Below, piece by piece: positions 27,029 to 37,136 of a stretch of 64,000 nt of DNA. Source of the DNA: Lobosporangium transversale (lineage: Eukaryota). Position 1 is the first letter of the stretch. Each line of letters begins with the position of its first letter. The position numbers and the translations under genes were made by a program. The notes below the pieces were generated by a model. That model searched no databases. It was not told the origin of the DNA and worked only from the letters and a program-made list of their open reading frames with translations. Location of the stretch: NCBI RefSeq assembly GCF_002105155.1, contig NW_019029003.1, positions 434,001-498,000 of the forward strand, given 5' to 3'.

Positions 27029-30000
27029 ATGGGTATTAAAGGACTCTATTCATACCTTTCAAGGAGAGACCTGCCACCAAAGGAGATTGATGTACATGAG
27101 CTTGCTGCTGAACCCCATTCATCTTTTGAGCTGGATCTGCTTGGCACTTTCCACAGCGATATACATAATATCATCCTAAGGAGATTCAGCTGGCAGAGTT
27201 CTTTCACTGCCTGCGGCCATGCTATGGCTAGTATCATTCGAAAGATCTTTGGTCCTCTTGCCACAGTGACGATACACATTGATGGGCCTCGCTGCGAAGA
27301 AAAAACGCGTGCCTATAGGGACCGAGATGCTAAGCGTACAGCAGCGGATGCAAAACTCGATACGCTCATAGCCAACATGGAAACCAAGTCCAATGAAGGC
27401 AAATGGGAATCTCGAAGCCATATGATTGCCATTAAAAAGAATCTTCGACAGCTCTTCACATTCAGTCATAACGAGAAGAGGGAGCTCGCGGCGCCATTCG
27501 GTCGATACAATAACTTTGTGATTTGCCATTGTAGAAATGAGGCTGATGTGTGTATTGCCGCCAAATGTACACCAACCAGTATCGCTGTGTCTGGGGACTC
27601 TGACCTTCTCATCTATCCTTCTATAAAAAGAGTTCTTCGTCCAATCCCTCGTCGCCATCACATGTTTGCACTCTATGAGAAACAAGAGGTCCTGCAAGCC
27701 CTTGGGTTTTCAAGGAACAGTCAACTCCTGGTCTATGGCATTATATCCGATAACGATTACACCCCAAATATCCCAACCTTTGGTCTTGCTACAAATGCTG
27801 AGATTATCTCCGCGCTCACTGACACTGATGCCGAAAAGTTGACGGTATCATATGTTCGTGAGGTCCATGCCCGTAGCCGTCGAACTCCTGCAGAAGGCCA
27901 GTTTGACCATTCAATTAATGTTTTCTTTGGTAGAATCCAAACCCAGGCTTCACAGCAACCAACCGCTGAAAGATTCCTTCATTACCATGATAGAATGAGG
28001 ACTGCGATATCTGCTAGGTACCAGAATAAAAATAATCAACCTCAACCCAGGTAAGCTCCTTCAAATGAACATTTTCCAAAGCATATACAAAAAAAAAAAA
28101 AAAAAAAAAAAAAAAGTCATCTAACCCTTGACATTGTTGTTCCTAATTAGATTCTATATCCCTAAACGCGCAAAGCCGGATGCTATCGGCCTGTTTTCCC
28201 TACCCAGAAAAAGGAACTTTCCCATAAGAAATATGACCTGACCAACTGCAAACAACACGACCGTCCCGTCAGCTCCAGCCATCAAAGAAAGTCCCCCAAA
28301 AAAAAGGAAAAGGGAAAAAAAGAGGATGAGAAAGAAGAGGAGGTTAAGGAGGAAAAGAAGAAAAAAAAGAATAACAAAGGGAAGGCCAAGTATATCAGAA
28401 AGACTGATAAGACCAGGAAAGTGAAGGAGGCTACTGCCGAGGACCGACGGTTGAAGAGGGCCCACCCCACTGTTGCATTAACTCTGGGCACGTTAAAGAC
28501 ATGTGTAGTTGCCAAGCTGGACTCTACTTCCGATCCCAATCTCAATCCCGAGCAACTTGCTGCAACAATTCAAGGGCTCATTCAATCATTTATTAAAATG
28601 TTGAATGAGGCACGGATTCGAGCTTTCTGGGCCTGCGCCTTGTGGATCGATAACCTGCTTACCACTGGGCCATCCAATCCAGCTGATCTCCCACAACTCC
28701 TAGATGAAGTTCTTGATAGCAGGGACTTTATTTACGGCCTTGCTGCGTTGTTGTATCACGGAGTGATGAGTCCATTATCTAGGTATAGCAGGGAAGTGAA
28801 GAAAAAAGGCGAAGGGAACGTAGCCAAGCCGTCCCAGCTCAAAGCATACGAAAACTTCTATGCAAAGACAGGGCTTGGTCCTTTAAACCAGATCTATCCC
28901 GATTTGGTGATCAGCAGGTCGTCTCGGATGGTCATGGTCCCTGTTCAAGCAGCGCTAAGGTCTCACTATCGGAATGCGCAGGTAAATATAATATTATAAT
29001 ATTTTGAGGTTATCTTATAATATGTTTATAGAAATGTTCCTAATCATTTCTTCAATATAATGTCTAGTTTGACATAGATATTCCAGACGATGGAAGAAGT
29101 TCCATCCAATTCTTTTTTGAGCAAAATGCAACTGCCAAAAAATATCTGGATTTCCCTACGTCTGCTTTCTCGCCTCGGTCTCTTTGCCTAACGGAAGCCT
29201 GTCTCCTGGATATATTATGGTCTAACCCAACAGTTCGAGAGGAAATAGCCCAATTGTTGGAACTAAACATGAGTACCAAGGGGGCTGCAGAGGACAAGAT
29301 CCTTAACCACAAGGGGATATTGTTGCAGGAGCTGTTTTCCTTGAAAGGATACAAGGACGTTGGACTGCAATCTGATGATGGCCCTAGAAGGAAACTACGG
29401 ACATCGTTCTTTACAAACGGCCTTACCCTAACACTTCTTGCCTATGACACATCGAAGCAAAAAAGAGGTAGAGGTTCGCAAGCTGCCCAACCTTCGGATA
29501 CTCAAAGATCTCAAGCAGTCCAGGCTTCTTCAAGTGCTCAGCAGGGATCCTCGTCTTCAGGCCATGGTGCAGGTGATGGTGGTGATGATGGAGACGACGA
29601 CGGAAATGAAGATGACGATATCTTGCTGGGCATCAGCGATATTGACTTGCTGGAAGTTGATGAACCATTCTTAGATGGCGAAGAGGAAGAAGAAGCAGCT
29701 GAAGAAGGTACATCGAGCACAAATCAGCTGTTCCCGGTGAGTCCCAGTCCCCGGCGTGAGATCAACTGGAAGCAGAGATCCCGTCTCCTCGAGAATGTAG
29801 AAGTTAAATATGACACCCAGGCAGCATGCCCTCCCCCCGAAAGTACCATTATCATCGGGATCGATCCAGGCGAGAGGTACTCGATGACAATTGCAAAGTT
29901 GGATCCAAGGAAACCTAACGAACGTGAGATCCTCCGGATTTCTAGAGCGTACCTTTACAAACCATCCAAGAAGTTTCAGGGCGAGCTAGAGAGGCGAAAG

Positions 30001-31208
30001 CTTAGAAGAGGAATTACAGAGATTGAAAGCAATATTCCGTCATTCTCAAGGCCTACTTTAACACAGTATTTCGCTTATATGAGCTTGCCGCTAAATCAAG
30101 CTCAATCAAGTACTGGAGGTAGTTTCTCTGGTAGTGGGGTTGGGGCCAGTAGTAGCAGTGGATCTGGGACCAGTGACGACAATAGGGAGACTATATATAG
30201 GGCGCTTGTCGATTTCTATAATGACGGGTGGTTTGTTCGGAATAGCTGGGATATTAGAAAAGCACAGAACGGATGCGTTGATTATGTGATCAAGGCAATT
30301 CTGAAGCTTGCGGGCGGAAGCAATGGAAGAAGAAGAGATGCCAATACGAATGCGGTGATCTGTATTGGACTAGGATCATTCAAGACAAACCGAGGACAAG
30401 TATCGAAGCATGGGATATTGATGAAGAAGCTTGTTGAAAAGGTAAAAAAAAAAAAAAAAAAAAAAATTCCCTTGATCAATGACATTTAATTTTTGAGTCT
30501 TTTTTTAACGAGTATTAAATCTGGCTCGAACAGGCAAAATCTCTAGACTACCCCATTGTAGGTTGTCATGAATACTACACATCTGCCAAGTGTCCACGGC
30601 CTCACTGTGACAGTATATTGGAGAATGTTCCTTTTCGATCCAAGTACTGTCGAAATTGTAAAGCATACATTGATCGAGATGCTGTTGGTGCTGAGAACAT
30701 CGCAAGGGTCTGTGAGTCGCAGATAAGAGAGCAAAAACGACCTGCAAAATATATGCCGCCGGACGGAGGAACTCAAGGCCAAGCTTCTAGCGGTAGTGGC
30801 GGCGGTGGAGGTAGTGGTGGCAGTGGTGGTGGTAGTAGCAGATCCACAAAAAGGAAATTTTCAGATGAAGGAGGAGGAGGAGTAGAGGGATCAAGACCAC
30901 CGAAAGGGCTTTTGTTGAGTCCAGGGGTAGGAGGTAGTGGTAGTGGTAGTGGTAGTGGCAGAACCACAAAAAGAAAATTCTCGGATGATGGAGGAGGGGA
31001 AGTTGAGGGTTCGAGACCATCGAAGGAACCTTTGTTAAGCCCGGGGGAAGGAGGAGGAGGAGAAGGAGGTAGTGGTGGAAGTGGCAGTGGAGGAATCAGA
31101 AAAAGGAAATTTTCAGATGAAGGAGGAGGAGTAGAGGGATCAAGACCACCGAAAGGATCTTTGCTGGGTCCAGGAGGAGGGGGAGAGACAAGCCGGCAAC
31201 AACAGTAG
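27029..31208 (+). CDS. XPG/FEN1-like PIN nuclease fused to Fanzor/TnpB-like RuvC-zinc finger endonuclease; exons 27029-28050, 28151(or 28273)-28981, 29068-30441, 30534-31208
   Basis: PIN/FEN motifs MGIKGL, ELD, HIDG..EK, NEADVCIA, VSGDSDLL, DNDYTPNIPTFG. RuvC-I IIGIDPG (D 29863), ICIGLG, rearranged Glu CHEYYTSAKC (E 30570), ZnF CPRPHC..CRNC and RuvC-III IDRDAVGAENI (D 30678). Introns 2 and 3 splice in frame; the intron 1 junction has a frame problem. Confidence 0.85.
30845..31180 (+). repeat. Three imperfect ~120-130-nt coding repeats (KRKFSDEGGG(G)VEGSRPPKG.LLSPG + GS linker)
   Basis: Copies begin near 30848, 30968 and 31100. Confidence 0.9.
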
Positions 31209-31216
31209 GACACAAT

Positions 31217-31390
31217 CTACTACAAACATGACTAGGTCCAGAAAGGCCTTCGTCTTAAAAAAATTGTAAGTATTGGCTCGATATACTTTTTTTTCTTGGT
31301 TAATTTATTTATTTATTTATTTCTGTGTTCTAATACATTTCTTCTTTTTACAATAGATGGAATGTCTCGTTTTTTAATGGGACGGACTAT
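31217..31390 (+). ncRNA. Candidate omegaRNA scaffold downstream of the PIN-Fanzor gene
   Basis: Begins 9 nt after the stop codon. 62-nt block 90% identical to the paralog's 3' element, with hairpin GAC-T-AGGTC-[CAGAAA]-GGCCT-TC-GTC. Intron-like segment 31266-31356; shared block ending GGACTAT at 31390. Confidence 0.6.
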
Positions 31391-32110
31391 ATGCAAAGCT
31401 ATCCTCTGATAACAGTATCTTCTGAAAATAACTGGACAACCACAGCCAGTTCATTTGTTATTCAGATGTATCTAAGCTATACTATTTAATCGGGGGCGAC
31501 TTTGGATTTCGTCTCCATAAAAGAATTATGAAAGTCACCCCACCCACCAGGCTGTAGATCGCATTCGAGATGATCAAATTCATTGTGTGGAGACTACTGT
31601 TTTTTTAGTGTATCAATCCAAGCAGGCGGCAGCTACACAAGATTTCCATCGGAAGCTTGGTACTCTCTCCATCAACCTTCGATGTGTCTCTTTTTGATGC
31701 TAGAAAATAGTGAGGGTCTAAATATGATCACCATACACATTTACAGTTGGTTAGTACCATAACGTATAGTCAAACACCCAGCCAATCTATTTACACAGCA
31801 GAAAACAGGATATTACCCCATTCATTCTTCTCTTGAGATTTTCGTCTGATGACTCTAGAAAAATGAAAGAGCGTGTTAATGGCAAGGATATTCACATTGT
31901 GCTCAAATCAAGGAATATATTGGTGTAAGAAGATGTAAACGCCAGTCAGTGGAGAGCTAGAGCATGTATGCGAAATAGGCTCAAGCAGAAAAAATAACAA
32001 ATTCATCAATGTAAACAAGTCAAATAAAAAATAAAAAATAAAAAATAAAAAATAAAAAATGTATCTTTAAGCAAAAAGGCTCGCGAGAGGACAAAAAAGC
32101 AACAGTGAAA

Positions 32111-34532
32111 GTCGGGGCATGGGCATAGACCATGGGTCCCTATACCATCCTAGGGCCAGATCCCAAAGGGTTTTAAAAGATTTAGCAAACTTAAGAAATT
32201 CAACCAACGTTCTGAATTCTCGCCACGGGCCAAATGCTTGAGCTTTGGAACGAGATGAAAGAGGAACAATCTTTCGAATACAGACGGATCCAATGGGTGT
32301 CGGTAAGAGCTTCTCTCCTATTTTTTGACAGCAAGAGCATATGCTAAAGATGGCATACCCTCTATATCGCAGATGCAGGAGAGTTGGTTCGGTCTGATGA
32401 AGATACTGAGTTTAAGTTGATTCAACGTTTCCTGGTGCTCGATGGCGAAATTTTGATTTCCGACGATTAGAAAAGGCGTGCTAATGCCCATCTTAGGTCC
32501 CGGGGCTCAGCCGCTAAAGCAATGTTTGAGAAAATCCTCATGCAGAGGTCACAAGGGCGTAGGGGCCTTACGGTTGTCGATGGACATGGCAGGCTTTTCC
32601 AACCCGCTCCCCCAATGCCAAAGAAATATACATATCTAAGCTATCCCTGGGAGGACTTGCCATTTGCTCTGATGACAAATCTGGATCTTGTTTGATCCTC
32701 ACGGCAAACCCGATGTATTTTTTATGCTCTTTCGATTTTACTGCGACATAGAAAAACAGAGAAAAATAAAGTTATTGTACAAATTTGTACAATAAACGGT
32801 TGGATAGTATATTTGTCGTCATCCTTGCATGGTCCGTGCGTGACATAGTCTGTGCAAGAGGTTCTTTAAAAAAAACTCATAAAATGAGCTAATTCCATGG
32901 TTTATTGATGATTCTTTTTTGACTAATGAATGTTTGGCAGATTAATATCGACTCAGTGGAGTTCTTTCACGCAGGCTGGCTCGTTGTAGGGCGGAGTAAA
33001 CTTCACTGCTCTGAAATCAAGAATGTGGAAAATATTCAATGGACTTAAGACTTTGTATTATCCCAGTTATTATCTCTGTTTTCTTTTTCTTAGTGGTGCT
33101 TCTTGGCGCTATGGGTTATCCTGACCCTACCGAAATGTTAAGGAAGGCATCTTAATACTGTATATGTTGTTGAAGGGCACCTCAATCTCTGAGATGAATG
33201 TATTTTGCCCAAGAGGTCATTTCATGACGTTATTACAGACTTTTTTGACAGGGAAACGCTTATTTTAGATTAAAAATTAACCTCATGTGTTAGCAACATG
33301 TTCTCAAGTATAACCTTTCGTCTGCTAATGTCGCGGTCCATTAATCCAGAGGAGTTTAAGTGTAATACACTTCACATAACCATGATAGCCGAGTGGCATA
33401 CCTTATTGCGGACGAAGCTATTATGTACTCATACAAACTCAAAAAGTCTGGGCTCCGCATTCAGGTGTGCTGTGGCATAAATAGTATGATATTGTTTATA
33501 TCTCAACCCGCGAATGCCACGATTTCAATGACGAAGTCATGCTCTTCAAGATGGCTATTGAGAAGAATATCCGTAACCTTGATTGCATTACTCTGGATGG
33601 AGGCTATGCACAATTTCTTCACGGCATCGTTGAAAAGAGCGGCTAATTAAATTGTCGAATTTCTGTTGTGCAATCTGGAAGCTGAGAGGAATAGTATTGA
33701 CAGACCAGAAAAAAAGCTCAACGAAATGATCGGAGGCTTTCATTCCGAGATAGAAAGTTGCTTTGGAGAGATGCGGAGTGCCTTCACAAAGTTTAGTCAT
33801 ACTGTGGTAAAGAGGATATCTGATATAAGCGCTTTCTTACTGCAATTCAAGCTATGCTGTTTACTCCTTAATATCAAACGCATGGTCGCCTTGTGGAATG
33901 TAACAGCAGAGCCGCATCAAAGCTTCTGGATGTAAGAGAGCTTCGACTATCCAGACGGCACTGATGCAAACGCTACTCAAAAACCTTTTTCTCCAAGTAA
34001 CTCTATCAAAATCAAAGACACTCATAGTATTCATAGCCCTCAGGATTATTCCTAGATCTCACTATCGCTACCACCACTACTATTGCTACTGTCCAAAGTG
34101 TCGGCAACGACCATGAGTTGAGCGATGATAGCACTGACGACATTTTCGAAATTAAAAAGATATTAGAATATTAGACCACCGAGGGAAAGGGGATGAAATA
34201 AAATATCATGCTCATTGGGAGAGATACAATAAACGTGAAGCTACAAGGGTACCGCTCAGAGACTTTAAACAAACTCGCACTATTAATGATTACTGGAACT
34301 CTAGGTGCACATTTTAACTAAAATATATATAATTTTAAATGTTTATACTTCTCTAGGTAGACTTCCGAAGTTGGAATTGATCCAGTCGCCCTGATAAATC
34401 CCCTTGGGACTTTACAACACTTTTAGAAAAGAAATGGTCAAACCGAAAAATGTGTAATATCAGCCTGGCATGGACTAAACCCTATGTTTTAATGGGGCTA
34501 TAGCATTTGTGCCCAATGCATGGCGTCCCGAC
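32111..34532 (+). mobile_element. Decayed DNA transposon (PIF/Harbinger-like DDE_Tnp_4 transposase with C-terminal chromodomain), boundaries tentative
   Basis: Contains the transposase relic; patchy inverted similarity between 32111-32205 (GTCGGG..GCATGGGCA..TCCCAAAGGGTTTTA) and the reverse complement of 34356-34532. Confidence 0.5.
33100..34317 (+). pseudogene. DDE-superfamily (Harbinger-like) transposase plus chromodomain pseudogene
   Basis: Across frames: HDSRVAY, YSYKLKKSGLRIQV, CHDFNDEVML, DCITLDGGYAQF, LNEMIGGFHSEIESCFGEM, FKLCCLLLNIKR. Then FEIKKILEY*..KYHAHWERYNKREATRVP..DF..INDYW (chromodomain). Multiple stops and frameshifts. Confidence 0.75.
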
Positions 34533-37136
34533 CTAAAGGCAGGTCTGGTGCCTGTTGGCCTACGTCATGAGTTGACCAACAATGCCTATCACAGGTGAAG
34601 TTTAGCTCTCCATTTGAATATGCAGCATTTCCGCGGATTAAAATGCAAGCGGCTCAACATGTCACCTCGCACCCTCAGCAGACCACTTCCACCGTTGCTG
34701 GAAAGTCTCGAGTCCTGCTTGATTAATCAGACACTGCTGAATTTATTGGATTTTGGATTGTTGCTTGTACTTGGAAGCCCACCTTTTGCAATGTCATCCT
34801 TGGCCACCTGAAGAAGCAGCAATGGCCACTCTATCTTCAGCCTTTGGGCGCGAAGGGACGGCCCCCCTGGATGCAGCAAAGATCGCTACCAACAGACATA
34901 GACACAAATACAGGCATAGCACAGCGCCGGCTCGTGGCCAGCGGCTCAAAGTGTGGAAAGGATATTGATACTTAGCGTTTGCGTGGCCGCAAGCACGCTA
35001 ACTATAGTCTAGAAGCAGTGCGGTTCCTTTCCGATTACTTCCTCAGCGGTGTATTTCAGGCGTTTTTTGTACTGTTCTCGCGCAGCCCGCAGTATGCATT
35101 GATGAAGCATTCCTTACAGTTCATATGGAGTTGTTCCTTGGCTTCTCTTCTTCTCTTCTATGTGCTTCTCGGCTCTTTTAGTAGATCCTCAACGAGTTTC
35201 AACATACAAACCCTCTATTTTCTGCCCGTTGTAGGCTGTGTTCTTTTCAATAACTTCATTGCTGCCCATGAATAAAAATGTGTTTGATTTCAAAGCCTAA
35301 TTTAGTTGCTTCTCCTACAATGTGGACGAAGACTGGCGTACACTCCCTGGGCGGCTGTAAAGAAGCAAGCCTGAATGTCTACGCGTACAAGGCGAAGCTA
35401 GAAGGCTATAAGCTTTCTTTCAAAGATGAGTCCAAAGATTGTGTTTTGCGAACGAAAGTGTTTAATGTTTTGACTGTTGAATAGCTGTACAGCAAACAGG
35501 AAGGATGCCATCCAGCCTTTTACGTGGTTCAATTTCAATTTTTTTTTTTTTTTTTTTTTTTTAGTCTGCTGCTATCGCTAGGCCTTGCTTCGGTAGCCAT
35601 GTTGTATGTGCAAGGCAGGCCTTGATGCCTTGAAACGGTTGGTAGGATGTCCCGATGGTCCATATCATGCTCTGCCGGGCATTTTTGTTTTTGAACTGGC
35701 GCTGCCAAGAAAATTCAGTTAGTCTATTTGTCTATAAGCATATTCGCGACCTATTTTGGGTTTTACTTGCTGCAAACCTCTCGTGAATCTACTTATATGC
35801 CGCATCCTCGGTCATACAATGGTTTTGTTTTCAAAAAGAATAATACAGAATATATGCCTATTTAACAAGCTTTTTTAATGAAATCTCAAGGTTTACACCT
35901 TCCATTAGATAACCCACAGTACATATTAGTATGAGTTTTCTACTTAATTTAAAATGACTCACAAACGGCTATTGTTGAAAGAAAATAAAAGAAAGAGGTA
36001 TTTTTCAAATAGTTGAAATGCATATGGCTCGACATAAACCGATCCAAACCGCCGAGTTAGCGCTTCATGTGTTGTAAAATAGAACACTCTAACTCTTTAC
36101 GTTCCAGGAAACAAGAGCCATTATAGATAGAACGAACTTTCGCCTCGTTTCATTTATGATGCCTTACCAAATACCTTATACTTCAGTTTGTCAACGATAC
36201 CATGGATTCCTTTAAAAAGTATTTCAATGAAGGGTGGTCGCCAATGTCTTTTGAATATTGTTGCTAACTATTATTACACTGGCTAAGGCATCCAAAGGTT
36301 ATCAATCTCTCTTCGCTCCATTTCATCGGGTCCATGGGCTTGACAACATGCTCACTGATGAAGCCCTCCAGATCACGCTTGATTAATGTTTTTTGTAGAG
36401 CTATGGCTGCTTCCATTCTTAGACCAAAAAAAAAAAAAAAAAAAAATAGACAGAAGCTGCCAAGAATAAAATACTCTCTTCGCTGACATTTGTTGCTGGA
36501 AACGCTGAAAAAGATTATAGCCTGGGACTAGTTATCGTTCGTGCCTCTTACAGAATTTGAAGCACAAAATGCATGAAGCTTTGACATGGATTATTGGCTA
36601 TGAATAAGTAATATCCTCCTACCTATCTTTGATCTAATAGAACTCTGTATGATCTTAATGAGTTTATTAAATGTATCTTGGTATTCATCATGCATCATGG
36701 CTTTAAAGGATTTCCATCCCTACCTTTCTGAGGCCAGAATTATCATCGTTACAGACAGTTTTATCGCGACGACTCAAGCTTAGAGTGAAGAATAACTTGT
36801 CAGGGATATGGTAAATTGGGGTCCACGTGATTTTTAGTCTTTTCTTCCTGTGAATAAAATTGCATTTTGCCCTTTTGTCTGAGTTGACACAAATTTTTCC
36901 ATTCGACCCTCATTCAGTTTTTCCATTCGACCCTCATTCAGCCTTTCACTTTCTCTTTGTATTATCTTTTTTCTTCCTGCTCTTTCTCCTCCTTTCATTT
37001 CTCTTCTTTCCCATCCTTCTCTGGCTTTGAAACCGTTTTTCAAACTTTTTTTATTATTTTTTATTTTTTCGGTTCTACTTCGACCTTTTTGTATCCTCAT
37101 TCCTGCCAGCACACTGATCCTCCAACAGATCGAGGC

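Noticed and set aside
27029..28054. Calling the PIN ORF a host FEN1/EXO1/RAD2 repair gene
   Set aside because: It is highly diverged from those conserved proteins, is followed directly by Fanzor-like exons, and sits in a TE-rich island.
30845..31180. Three repeats as a CRISPR-like guide array
   Set aside because: They are in frame with the Fanzor ORF, differ largely at synonymous positions, and the spacers are low-complexity Gly/Ser codons.
31228..31490. Small spliced ORF starting MTRSRKAFVLKK in the conserved 3' element
   Set aside because: The second copy shares the first codons only because of nucleotide identity; downstream of the intron-like segment indels leave no conserved peptide. 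An RNA-level constraint is more parsimonious, though a peptide is not excluded.
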